64,000 nt of DNA, from assembly GCA_963806035.1 (NCBI GenBank), contig CAWDWO010000031.1, positions 32,001-96,000 on the forward strand, given 5' to 3'. Both the position numbers and the translations under genes were made by a program. The notes under the pieces were generated by a model. It worked only from the letters and a program-made list of their open reading frames with translations. It did no database searches and had not been told where the DNA came from. The stretch is from Candidatus Krumholzibacteriota bacterium. Its GTDB lineage: Bacteria > Krumholzibacteriota > Krumholzibacteriia > JAJRXK01. Positions 9,425 through 17,957 of this stretch are shown here, piece by piece (the first letter of the stretch is position 1; each line of letters starts with the position of its first letter).

Positions 9425-10179
9425 GCCAGCTCTTCTTGCAGCGCAGCCATCTCTTCCTCGGGAATGTCCAGATTCGCGCTGACCTGCTGGGTGTCGTCCA
9501 GATCGTCCAGAGCGTTGATCAGCTTCAGCAGGCGCAGCGCGTCCTCGCCGGTCACCGTGATGGTGGTGGAAGGAACGGGTGTGAGTTCGGCGGAGAGAGT
9601 CGTCAGTCCGGCCTCGGCCAGGGCCGAGTTCACCGCGTGAAACGCCTCGCGGGGACAGGTGACCTCCACCGTCCCCCCCTCTTCCTGCACGTCCTCCGCG
9701 CCCGCGTCGATCACGACCTCCATGACGCGTTCTTCGTCCGCCACCGATGCATCCAGGCTGAAGATGCCCTTGGTCTCGAAGAGATAGGCCACGCTGCCTG
9801 GGTCGGCCATCTTACCGCCGTACTTGCTGAAAGCGTGCCGTACATCGGCCGCGGTGCGATTGGTGTTGTCCGTCACGGTCGAAACCAGGATCGCCACTCC
9901 ACCGTGTCCGTAGCCCTCGTAGGTGATTTCCTCGTAGCGCGCGCCCTCGACCTCTCCGGTGCCTCTCTTGATCGCGCGCTCGATGTTGTCCTTGGGCATG
10001 TTCTGCCCGCGCGCGTTCTCGATGGCGGTGCGAAGTCTCGGATTGGTTTCGAGATCGCCGCCGCCGTCGCGCGCGGCGATGGTGATTTCCTTGCCCAGAC
10101 GCGTGAAGAGCTTGCCCCGTTTGGCGTCGGCGGCACCCTTCTTGCGCTTGATGGTGGCCCACTTGGAATGTCCTGACAC
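9421..10179 (-). CDS. yebC: YebC/PmpR family protein
   Basis: MSGHSKWATIKRKK, YEGYG, TDNTNRT; conserved position upstream of ruvC. Confidence 0.96.
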   Translation of the reverse strand: MSGHSKWATIKRKKGAADAKRGKLFTRLGKEITIAARDGGGDLETNPRLRTAIENARGQNMPKDNIERAIKRGTGEVEGARYEEITYEGYGHGGVAILVSTVTDNTNRTAADVRHAFSKYGGKMADPGSVAYLFETKGIFSLDASVADEERVMEVVIDAGAEDVQEEGGTVEVTCPREAFHAVNSALAEAGLTTLSAELTPVPSTTITVTGEDALRLLKLINALDDLDDTQQVSANLDIPEEEMAALQEELA

Positions 10180-10198
10180 CGTGTCCTCCTGCCTCGCT

Positions 10199-12277
10199 CT
10201 AGGCCTCTTCGTGTTCCTTCTTGGCGGACTCGACGATCTTGTTCATCAGCTCGCCCGGCACTTCCTCGTAACCCTGGAACTTGCGCGTGTGGGTGCCGCG
10301 ACCCTGGGTCATGCTCCTCAGGCTGGTGCTGTAGCGGTAGAGCTCGGCCAGAGGCACGTGCGCCTTGACCACCGCGAAATGGCCCTGGTTCTCGGTGCCC
10401 ATGATCCGTCCCCGCCGCGAGCTCAGATCGCCCATGACGTCGCCCATGACCTCGTCCGGACATTTCACTTCGATTTCGTAGATGGGTTCCAGCAGGACGG
10501 CCTGCGTCTTGGCGAAGCACTCGCGGAGGGCAGTGGAAGCGGCGGTCTTGAACGCGGCTTCGCTGGAATCCACCGCGTGGAAGCCTCCATCGTAGAGCGT
10601 GGCCTTCAGATCGACGACCTGGCACTTGGCCAGAGGACCTCTCTGCATGGATTCCTTGAGGCCCTTCTCCACCGCCGGGATGAACTTTCCCGGAATCGCA
10701 CCGCCCACGATCGCATTCACGAATTCGAATCCCGCCCCGCGCGGCTGCGACTCGAAACGGAGGCTCACGTCCGCGAACTGTCCGCGTCCGCCCGTCTGCT
10801 TCTTGTGTCGCGCCTGTATCTCGATCTTGCCCTTGATGGTCTCCAGATAGGGAATCTTCGGCTCGCGGCGTTCCACTTCCACCCCGGTGGCTTCCTTGAG
10901 ATTCTGCAGGATGATGTCGAAATGCAGCTCACCCTGCCCCTGCATGACCATCTCGTGGGTCTGGGGATCCATCTCGATCGAGAAGGTGGGGTCCTCCTCG
11001 CGGATCTTGTGCAGACCATTGACCATCTTGTCGTCGTCGCCCGCACCGACCGGGCTGATGGCCATGCGGCTGTTGGTCTCCGGGTAGGGAATGGGCTTGA
11101 AGAGGGCGTTGGAGCTCTTCTCGCCCAGGGTGTCACCGGCATGAGTGTCCTTCAGCTTGACTGCGGCGCCGAAATCTCCGCAACCGATGGCTTCGATCTT
11201 CTCCCGGTTCTTTCCCTCGAGTTGAAAGAGCTGCGTGAGCCGCTCGCTGTGTCCCCGGCTCAGATTGATCACTTCGTCGCCCGAGGAGATTTCGGATCCG
11301 TAGACCCGCATCAGCGCGAACTCGCCCGCTTCCTTCTCCAGAGAGATCTTGAAGACTCGGGCGGCAAGCGGAGCGCTCGGACCGATCTTGATCTTGGTCG
11401 GCTCGCCCTTCTGATCGATCGCCTCGATTTCGTTGAACGCATCCGCCGCCGGCAGATACTCCTTCACGTAGTGCAGCATCTGCTTCATCCCGCGCAGCGA
11501 ATGCGCGCTCACCGCGCACACGGGGATGAACGAGCGGTCCCTCACTCCGATGCGGATCCCCTTGACGATTTCCTCGTAGCTGAGGGTGCCCTCCTCGAGA
11601 AATTTCTCGACCAGGCCATCGTCATGTTCCGCCGCGGCATTCAGCAAGTCCTCACGGGTCGTTTCGTAGATCTCTTTCATCTCGGCGGGAATCTCAGCTT
11701 CCTTCGATTCACCCTTCTCGTCGTAGAGATAGGCCTTGCCCAGAGCGACATCGATCACGCCGCGGAAATCGTCGCCATCGCCGATGGGCAGCTGAATCGG
11801 GATCGCCTTCGAACTGAGTTGCTTGTGGATCTGCTCGAGGGCCGAGGTGAAGTTGGCGTGCTCCTTGTCCATCTTGGAGACCACGATCATGGTGGGCAGC
11901 TTCAGCTCGTCGAGCTTCTCCCAGAGGCTCTCCGTCCCCACCTCCACTCCACCGTCGGCGCGCACCAGCACGATGGCGCTCTCCACCACCGACAGGGCCG
12001 CCATCACGTCGCCGCGAAAATCCTCGAAACCGGGAGTGTCGAGGATGTTGAACTTGGTGCCTTCGTATTCGCAGGCGCCCAATGCCAGATAGATACTGGT
12101 CTTGCGCTCGATTTCGTTGGGGTGATAGTCCAGGTTACTGCTTCCCTCGTCCACGCTGCCCATCCGTCCGATGGCCTTCGTCTTGTAGAGAATAGCTTCT
12201 GCCAAAGTCGTCTTCCCGGCCGCCTGATGGGAAAGGAGGGCCAGATTGCGAATTTTCGAGGGCTCATAGGTCTTCAA
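10199..12277 (-). CDS. fusA2: Elongation factor G paralog (EF-G2 / FusA-like)
   Basis: Five-domain EF-G size with KKQTGGRGQFA, FHAVDSSE and LLEPI. G-motifs are divergent (SHQAAGKT, ERKTSI, DTPGFEDF, SKMD). Not in the str operon. Start TTG 12277 is tentative. Confidence 0.92.
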   Translation of the reverse strand: MKTYEPSKIRNLALLSHQAAGKTTLAEAILYKTKAIGRMGSVDEGSSNLDYHPNEIERKTSIYLALGACEYEGTKFNILDTPGFEDFRGDVMAALSVVESAIVLVRADGGVEVGTESLWEKLDELKLPTMIVVSKMDKEHANFTSALEQIHKQLSSKAIPIQLPIGDGDDFRGVIDVALGKAYLYDEKGESKEAEIPAEMKEIYETTREDLLNAAAEHDDGLVEKFLEEGTLSYEEIVKGIRIGVRDRSFIPVCAVSAHSLRGMKQMLHYVKEYLPAADAFNEIEAIDQKGEPTKIKIGPSAPLAARVFKISLEKEAGEFALMRVYGSEISSGDEVINLSRGHSERLTQLFQLEGKNREKIEAIGCGDFGAAVKLKDTHAGDTLGEKSSNALFKPIPYPETNSRMAISPVGAGDDDKMVNGLHKIREEDPTFSIEMDPQTHEMVMQGQGELHFDIILQNLKEATGVEVERREPKIPYLETIKGKIEIQARHKKQTGGRGQFADVSLRFESQPRGAGFEFVNAIVGGAIPGKFIPAVEKGLKESMQRGPLAKCQVVDLKATLYDGGFHAVDSSEAAFKTAASTALRECFAKTQAVLLEPIYEIEVKCPDEVMGDVMGDLSSRRGRIMGTENQGHFAVVKAHVPLAELYRYSTSLRSMTQGRGTHTRKFQGYEEVPGELMNKIVESAKKEHEEA

Positions 12278-12392
12278 GGCCGATGCCTCCCGACTCTTGG
12301 TCGTGGGAAAGGAAGCGTCCCCGCCGTTTCTTTCGTCGCCAAACACTGCCAAAGCGCGGTGCTCGGTGCGGGGTCGAGCGTTAGAACACGCT

Positions 12393-12422
12393 AATCTAGC
12401 GCGTTTGCCAAAAGAGTGTCAA
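12393..12422 (-). promoter_or_regulatory. Putative sigma70 promoter for the EF-G2-yebC-ruv operon
   Basis: Minus strand TTGACA-N18-TAGATT. Confidence 0.6.
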
Positions 12423-12534
12423 CGTGGCGCGTGCGCGCAAGGTACAGTTTCGGTTGGGCTTTCCCTGGCGATTTCGCCACCGTATATTGGACCTGCCGCG
12501 GGCGGGGGCGATCTGCGCGCCCGGGGCTTAGGTC

Positions 12535-12564
12535 TTTACAGTCCGCCAGTCGAGAGGCTAGATT
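12535..12564 (+). promoter_or_regulatory. Putative sigma70 promoter for the outer-membrane barrel gene
   Basis: TTTACA-N18-TAGATT. Confidence 0.5.
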
Positions 12565-12653
12565 CTTCCGGCTGCTAGCTCAGCGGGTGACGATCCACAT
12601 CGCTTTCCCTCGCGCGCCGCGGGATGGGAGGAGATAGGCCCCGCTCGTAGCTT

Positions 12654-13622
12654 ATGCGACCTTTATTCACCCTATCCCGCCCCGCGGCTGGGCTCTTCAG
12701 GTCTATGTCTCAGTTATCGCATTCGAATCGCCTTCCCTCGCGTACGCCGCTTCGCTCGATTCCCATGGCTGCTGTGCTTCTGGCGTTGTTCTCTCTGCTG
12801 CTGGCGACCAGCGCGGCGGCCCAACCCAAGAAGAAGGACGAGAACGAGCGCAAGCTGGGGCAGATCCGCCGGATCGAGCTCTCCGTCTTCGGAGGCCTGT
12901 TCGGGGGGGTGACCTATCTGAGTCTGCCTCCGATCGCCCCTCAGACCACCGACCTCGGCGCCTCGCAGATCCTGGACTTCGATGACGATCTGCTGGCCCA
13001 GCCCAAGTATCCCGGCCAGATCGATGCGGTGCAGAAGAGCGTCGACAGCGGTTACTACGGGGGTCTCAGCGCCACCTTCTATCTGACCGACGCTTTCGGC
13101 CTGGAGCTCATCGGAGCCTATGGCCAGTCCCAGGCCAAAATCACGGGCCAGTACCAGGATCCCACCGGGGTCGATACGCAGAATCCCTTCTACGACCCCT
13201 CTCAGGCCGATGGGCGCTTCGAATGGGACCGCTCGGACATGACCTGGGTGCAGGGCGGCGCCAACATGGTCTTCATCTTCGGAAAGCGGACGCTGAGACC
13301 CTATCTGCTCCTGGGTCTGGGAGGGGTGCTCAACAGCTTCCCCAACGCCAACAGCGTGGGTGCGCTCTACTTTCAGTATGGAGGCGGCCTGCGCTACGAG
13401 CTGAACGACCGCCTGGCCATCAAGATGGGCGTCTCCTCCGCCCTCTTCAGCTGGAGCCAGGACGAGATCGATCTGAACCGGGCCGTGCAGTACCCGATGG
13501 CGAGCATCGGCGTGGTCTGGAAGCACGAGGTTCCCCCGGAAGCCTACCAGGACGACGATTCCAAGACGGAGCCGGAGAATCCGCAGACCAAGAAGCCGCA
13601 AGACTCTGGAAGCAAAGGTTAG
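12654..13622 (+). CDS. Outer-membrane beta-barrel protein (OmpA/OmpW-like 8-stranded barrel), hypothetical
   Basis: Signal peptide (ATSAAA-Q) and amphipathic strands (IELSVFGG, YYGGLSATFY, RPYLLLGLG, QYGGGLRYE). Start could be 12705 or 12765. Confidence 0.7.
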   Translation: MRPLFTLSRPAAGLFRSMSQLSHSNRLPSRTPLRSIPMAAVLLALFSLLLATSAAAQPKKKDENERKLGQIRRIELSVFGGLFGGVTYLSLPPIAPQTTDLGASQILDFDDDLLAQPKYPGQIDAVQKSVDSGYYGGLSATFYLTDAFGLELIGAYGQSQAKITGQYQDPTGVDTQNPFYDPSQADGRFEWDRSDMTWVQGGANMVFIFGKRTLRPYLLLGLGGVLNSFPNANSVGALYFQYGGGLRYELNDRLAIKMGVSSALFSWSQDEIDLNRAVQYPMASIGVVWKHEVPPEAYQDDDSKTEPENPQTKKPQDSGSKG

Positions 13623-13682
13623 AATTCCCACGCCCGGAAGCTGACGCGATCGAGCGCGCCTCGGCAAGACCCACCTACGCGA

Positions 13683-13720
13683 CAAAAGAGAAGAGGCGCC
13701 CCATACAGGGCGCCTCTTCT
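13683..13720 (-). terminator. Rho-independent terminator between convergent genes (possibly bidirectional)
   Basis: 13-bp perfect stem AGAAGAGGCGCCC (13689-13701) / GGGCGCCTCTTCT (13708-13720), followed on the minus strand by CTTTTG. Confidence 0.8.
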
Positions 13721-13742
13721 ACACTCAGCTGAAGGACCGCGG

Positions 13743-14141
13743 CTACTTCTTCTTGCGTGCCGTGGTCTTCTTGCGACGAGCCGTCGTCTTCTTCTTACGA
13801 CCCGTGGTCTTCTTCTTGCGAGCCGTCGTCTTCTTCTTACGACCCGCGGTCTTCTTCTTGCGAGCCGTCGTCTTCTTCTTGCGGCCCGTGGTCTTCTTCT
13901 TACGAGCCGTCGTCTTCTTCTTGCGGCCCGTAGTCTTCTTCTTGCGACCCGTGGTCTTCTTCTTACGGGCGGTCGTCTTCTTCTTGCGGCCCGTGGTCTT
14001 CTTCTTACGGGCGGTCGTCTTCTTCTTGCGACCGGTGGTCTTCTTCTTACGAGCCGTCGTCTTCTTCTTGCGACCCGTGGTCTTCTTCTTACGGGCGGTA
14101 CGCTTCTTCGCCGCCGCCTCCATGATGATTCCGTCTTCCAT
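13743..14141 (-). CDS. Histone H1-like / protamine-like basic repeat protein
   Basis: 132 aa with 16 tandem KKKTT(G/A)R-type heptads; 71/132 residues are K or R; GAGG RBS; own promoter and terminator. Confidence 0.85.
   Translation of the reverse strand: MEDGIIMEAAAKKRTARKKKTTGRKKKTTARKKKTTGRKKKTTARKKKTTGRKKKTTARKKKTTGRKKKTTGRKKKTTARKKKTTGRKKKTTARKKKTAGRKKKTTARKKKTTGRKKKTTARRKKTTARKKK
13746..14090. repeat. 21-bp coding tandem repeat (about 16 copies)
   Basis: Repeating units like GTCTTCTTCTT(G/A)CG..CCGT, varying mainly at synonymous positions. Confidence 0.95.
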
Positions 14142-14247
14142 TCTTTAGCCTCGCTTTTGTGTGCAGCCTTGAGGGGCGACGCCCCTCGGAACGGTTCCCG
14201 AAATGGAAATCATGAGCAACTCACGTTCCAGATCGGAAATCATCCGG

Positions 14248-14276
14248 ATTATTCGGATCACAGTTTTTCGTGTCAA
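14248..14276 (-). promoter_or_regulatory. Near-consensus sigma70 promoter for the H1-like gene
   Basis: Minus strand TTGACA-N17-AATAAT. Confidence 0.7.
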
Positions 14277-14278
14277 AC

Positions 14279-14311
14279 AAAAAAAAGAGGTCTCGATGTG
14301 TTCGAGACCTC
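14279..14311 (-). terminator. Rho-independent terminator after tRNA-Leu
   Basis: Minus strand GAGGTCTCGA-ACACA-TCGAGACCTC followed by T8. Confidence 0.9.
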
Positions 14312-14319
14312 ATGAGACC

Positions 14320-14404
14320 TGGTGCCCGGGGCGGGATTCGAACCCGCACGGCTCTCGCCACTACCCCCTCAAGATAGCGTGTCTACCAATTCCACCACCC
14401 GGGC
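14320..14404 (-). tRNA. tRNA-Leu (anticodon GAG)
   Basis: Reverse complement GCCCGGGTGGTGGAATTGGTAGACACGCTATCTTGAGGGGGTAGTGGCGAGAGCCGTGCGGGTTCGAATCCCGCCCCGGGCACCA. Cloverleaf with long variable arm and encoded CCA; classic secG-tRNA-Leu linkage. Confidence 0.97.
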
Positions 14405-14420
14405 GCGCAAGCATCATCTC

Positions 14421-14894
14421 CTACTTTCCACCATCACTGGATTGCTTCTCTTGCTTCGTAGGTGAAGCCTTTGCCGCGTTCTCATCGGAAGAACTGGGCG
14501 CACTGGATTGGGAATTCTCCACTCCCTTGGGTGATTGTTCGGTGGTCGGAATATCCGAGGGTGTAACGGGAACAGCCCCGCTCTGAGGCATCGGTGCACT
14601 CTCCACGGGAACCCTCTCCGCCGCCTGGCGACTGAGTCGGCTCTGCGTGGTGGGAGCACCTTCATTCATCGTCAAAAAGACCAGAATCACGCTGCTGATC
14701 ATGAAGGCGGCGCCCAAGTAGATCGTTGCTTTGTGCAAGATCGTGGTCACACCGCGCGCTCCGAATACGGCTTGTCCCGCGCCGCCACCGCCAAACGCGC
14801 CGGCCAAGCCGTCACCTTTGGAAGACTGCAGGAGGACGACGACGCAGAGCACGATGGAAATGAGCAGGTGAACGATGATTGCGAGTCCGTACAT
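14421..14894 (-). CDS. secG: Preprotein translocase subunit SecG
   Basis: VVLLQSSKGDGLAGAFGGG..VFGARG..ILHKAT; two TM helices and a low-complexity tail; start ATG 14894. Confidence 0.95.
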   Translation of the reverse strand: MYGLAIIVHLLISIVLCVVVLLQSSKGDGLAGAFGGGGAGQAVFGARGVTTILHKATIYLGAAFMISSVILVFLTMNEGAPTTQSRLSRQAAERVPVESAPMPQSGAVPVTPSDIPTTEQSPKGVENSQSSAPSSSDENAAKASPTKQEKQSSDGGK

Positions 14895-14964
14895 GGAATT
14901 GACCTTGAAATCGGGATAGCTCGAGGATTGGGCGCCACCGCGCCGTCTCCGCCAAGAGCAGGGT

Positions 14965-14993
14965 AAATTAGCACCTCGCCCTGCCCCTGTCAA
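14965..14993 (-). promoter_or_regulatory. Putative sigma70 promoter for secG-tRNA-Leu
   Basis: Minus strand TTGACA-N17-TAATTT with a TGn extended -10. Confidence 0.6.
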
Positions 14994-15039
14994 ATCAGCC
15001 GAACAGGGGGTTTGAGCGCCGTTTCGACCCCTCAGGGCC

Positions 15040-15795
15040 TCATTGATACTCGATGATGCGCCGGAAGGTCTCGGCCTCGAGGCTCGCTCCCCCCACCAGC
15101 GCCCCGTCGATGTTCTCGCATTGCATGTACTGGGCGATGTTGTCCGCAGTGACGCTGCCCCCGTAGAGAATGCGCACGCCCTGGGAGACTTGATCGCCAA
15201 AGCGCTCCTTGAGGATTCCCCGTACCAGCCGGTGTACGGCCTCCGCGTCCTCCGGTTGAGCACTGTTGCCGGTCCCGATGGCCCAAATCGGCTCGTAGGC
15301 CAGGACGACAGCCGCTGCCTGCGGCGCGTGCAGACCCTCCAGCACCGCGTGAATCTGTCCGCTGACGAAGGATTCGGTACGCCCCTGCAAGCGAATCTCC
15401 TCGCTCTCGCCGAAACACACCACCGGTTGCAGGCCCACGCGAAAGGTCGCGCGCAACTTCGCCGCCACCACTTCGTCCGTCTCGTGAAAGAACTCTCTCC
15501 GCTCGCTGTGGCCGAGGATGCAACAGCGGACCTGTAGCTCCTTTAACTGCTCGGCGCTCACCCCGCCCGTGAAAGCCCCGGGCTCTTGAAAGGCGAGGTC
15601 CTGGCAGCCGACTCCCACCACGCTGCCCTGCAGCACTTCCATGACCTGTGCCACGAAGGGCATCGAAGGACACACCATGACTTCAGGTCCCGCATAGACC
15701 CCGGCAAGTTGCCGTTTGAGTTCACGGGCCAAGCTGAGGCTCTCGGCGAGCCCGAGCTTCATTTTCCAGTTGCCGATGATCAATGGACGTCTCAT
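15040..15795 (-). CDS. tpiA: Triosephosphate isomerase
   Basis: GNWKM, GHSERR, AYEPIWAIGTG, LYGGSV, LVGGASL. Confidence 0.97.
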   Translation of the reverse strand: MRRPLIIGNWKMKLGLAESLSLARELKRQLAGVYAGPEVMVCPSMPFVAQVMEVLQGSVVGVGCQDLAFQEPGAFTGGVSAEQLKELQVRCCILGHSERREFFHETDEVVAAKLRATFRVGLQPVVCFGESEEIRLQGRTESFVSGQIHAVLEGLHAPQAAAVVLAYEPIWAIGTGNSAQPEDAEAVHRLVRGILKERFGDQVSQGVRILYGGSVTADNIAQYMQCENIDGALVGGASLEAETFRRIIEYQ

Positions 15796-15825
15796 TAGCG
15801 GATCCCTTCGCGAATTGCAGTGAGC

Positions 15826-17037
15826 TCACACGGGAGAGGAGCTCACGTCCGAGAGTACCTCGACTCCCGGTAGAGTCTTGCCCGCCAGAAGTTCCAATGA
15901 CGCCCCGCCGCCGGTCGAGAGATGCGAGATCGAGTCGGCGAGATCGAGCTGATTGACCGCGGCCACGGAATCGCCCCCTCCCACCACGGTCCGCGCACCC
16001 TGCTCGGTGGCGCGGGCGATGGCGCGGGCGATGGCGCGGGTTCCACGGGCGAAGCGTGGCATCTCGAAGACCCCCATGGGACCGTTCCAGAACACGGTTC
16101 GCGCGCGGGCGATCTCTTCGGCGAAGAACTTCGTGGTCCTGGGACCAATGTCCAGGCCCTGCCAGTTTTCAGGGATGTCGGTGACGAGCACTTCCTTGAG
16201 CGCACCCTTCTCGGAGAACTCGTTGCTCACGACCACATCCTGGGGCAAGAGGATCCTGGTGCGCGAATCCTTGGCCCGCTCCAGTATGCCGCGCACCGTG
16301 TCCTGCAGGCCGTCTTCCACCAGGCTGGCACCCACTTCCAGTCCATGCACCTTGAAGAAGGTGAAGGCCATGCCCCCGCCGATCAAAATACAATCGACTC
16401 GATCCAGGAGATTTTCGATGACCTCGATCTTGCCGCTCACCTTGGCGCCGCCCAGGACGGCCACGAAAGGTTGCGCCGGCTTCTCGAGCAGGCCCTGCAG
16501 ATTGTCCAGCTCTTTTGCCATGAGAAGTCCCGAGACACGCAAGTCGAAATGCTGCGCGACTCCCACGGTACTCGCGTGCGCCCGGTGCGCGGTTCCGAAG
16601 GCATCGTTGACGTAGACATCCCCCCAGCGGGCCAGGGCGGCGGCAAATTGCGGATCGTTCGCGGTCTCTTCGGAATGGAAGCGGAGATTCTCCAGCAGAA
16701 CGATCTCTCCCGGCTTGAGCGTGGAGCGCGCGGCCTCCGCTTCCTCACCCACGCAGTCGGGAACGAAACGCACCGGCGCGCCACACAGCTCCGCGAGCCG
16801 GTCCGCGACCGGCTTCAGGCTCAACGAGTCCACGCGCTGCCCTTTGGGACGGCCCAGGTGACTCATGAGAATGAGCTGACCGCCGCGAGCTCGAATCAGT
16901 TCGAGAGTCGAGAGCGAGGCCCGGATGCGCGTGTCATCGGTGATCTCTCGGGCCTCGTTCATGGGCACGTTGAAATCGACGCGAGTGAGCACGCGGACTC
17001 CCTTGAGATCGATGTCTTGGACTGAGAGCTTCTTCAT
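15826..17037 (-). CDS. pgk: Phosphoglycerate kinase
   Basis: RVDFNVP, SHLGRP, LENLRF, NDAFGTAHR, GGAKVSGKI, STGGGASL. Confidence 0.98.
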   Translation of the reverse strand: MKKLSVQDIDLKGVRVLTRVDFNVPMNEAREITDDTRIRASLSTLELIRARGGQLILMSHLGRPKGQRVDSLSLKPVADRLAELCGAPVRFVPDCVGEEAEAARSTLKPGEIVLLENLRFHSEETANDPQFAAALARWGDVYVNDAFGTAHRAHASTVGVAQHFDLRVSGLLMAKELDNLQGLLEKPAQPFVAVLGGAKVSGKIEVIENLLDRVDCILIGGGMAFTFFKVHGLEVGASLVEDGLQDTVRGILERAKDSRTRILLPQDVVVSNEFSEKGALKEVLVTDIPENWQGLDIGPRTTKFFAEEIARARTVFWNGPMGVFEMPRFARGTRAIARAIARATEQGARTVVGGGDSVAAVNQLDLADSISHLSTGGGASLELLAGKTLPGVEVLSDVSSSPV

Positions 17038-17153
17038 GATTCCCCAATTCTTCCGGCGCCTTCTCCCCCGGGCTCTTCCCCCTCACTCTGACCGGAGTTG
17101 GTGCGGTATCTTGTTGTTTTGCAAAAACTTATACTCTCGCTTGTACACGGCAC

Positions 17154-17183
17154 ATAGTAGAGACTCAAGTCCCGAGGTGTCAA
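17154..17183 (-). promoter_or_regulatory. Putative sigma70 promoter for pgk-tpiA
   Basis: Minus strand TTGACA-N18-TACTAT. Confidence 0.65.
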
Positions 17184-17185
17184 GT

Positions 17186-17950
17186 TCACACTCGTTGAGG
17201 AGCCGCGGCCGCTCCGGCCAGGGCAAGCGCCAAGAGCGGGTGGCCCCGGGATCGCAAGAGCGGAACACAGGCGCGCAGGGTCGCACCCGTCGTCACTTGG
17301 TCGTCGACCAGAATCAGAGGCACGCCCTCGGGAAGTTCCGCCAGGCGGCTCACTTGGAAGACCGATCGAAGTGCGGCAGCGCGGTCCTCCTTGCGAGGGA
17401 GAGTCGCGAGGCTCCTCGTCGCCTTTCTTCTACTTAGTATCCCCTGCGCCAAGGGCAAGTTCCCGGCTGCGGCGAGTCGTAGCGCAAGAAGCTCGGGCAA
17501 GCTGTAGCCCCGTTGGGCCAGGCGCAACGGATCGTCGGGCAAAGCGACGATACGAGCATCCTTGATCCTCGCGAGGGATGGGGCGGCCCAGCGGGCGAAG
17601 ACCTCGCCCAGCGCCCCCATGAGCGGATACTGCCCTTGGTACTTCACCGCGTGAAGCAGCCGGAAGAATCGTGCTTCATCCCGGAAGCACCAAGCCACCG
17701 GGCAGCCCTCGTCCTTCCGCCCGGGCAGAGGCGGCTCGAGGGCGCTGCGGTGAAGACTCTCCATGCACGCGCGATGAACCGGGCCCGCCGTGGGGCCTGC
17801 GAGGAGCTCCGAGGGATTCGTCATGGGCGCGAGCCAGGATTCACAGATGGGACATCGTGCGGGCCACACCAGGTCCAACAGAGCCCGACGCCAGACAGAG
17901 GCGCGCTCTCGATGTGTCACTTGAATTGGTTCTCCATCGGGAGGTCCCAA
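17186..17950 (-). CDS. comF: ComF family phosphoribosyltransferase-like protein
   Basis: LDLVWPARCPIC, LHAVKY, QRGY, ILVDDQVTTGATL; start uncertain. Confidence 0.85.
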   Translation of the reverse strand: MGPPDGEPIQVTHRERASVWRRALLDLVWPARCPICESWLAPMTNPSELLAGPTAGPVHRACMESLHRSALEPPLPGRKDEGCPVAWCFRDEARFFRLLHAVKYQGQYPLMGALGEVFARWAAPSLARIKDARIVALPDDPLRLAQRGYSLPELLALRLAAAGNLPLAQGILSRRKATRSLATLPRKEDRAAALRSVFQVSRLAELPEGVPLILVDDQVTTGATLRACVPLLRSRGHPLLALALAGAAAAPQRV

Positions 17951-17957
17951 GGGAGGA

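Noticed and set aside
9959..12394. 811-aa plus-strand ORF and similar long antisense ORFs (829-2520, 22888-24384, 40432-41979, 52501-54180, 54659-56338)
   Set aside because: They shadow well-conserved minus-strand genes; stop-poor antisense frames are expected with high-GC codon bias, and they show no recognisable motifs.
13746..14090. Tandem repeat as a possible CRISPR array
   Set aside because: Contiguous 21-bp coding units with no unique spacers and no cas genes.
13753..14148. Plus-strand ORF of VVFFLR(P/A) repeats
   Set aside because: Antisense mirror of the Lys/Arg repeat gene; promoter, RBS and terminator all support the minus strand.
12654..14330. Genomic island integrated at the tRNA-Leu 3' end
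   Set aside because: No integrase, no duplicated tRNA 3' end noticed, and the tRNA's own terminator is intact.
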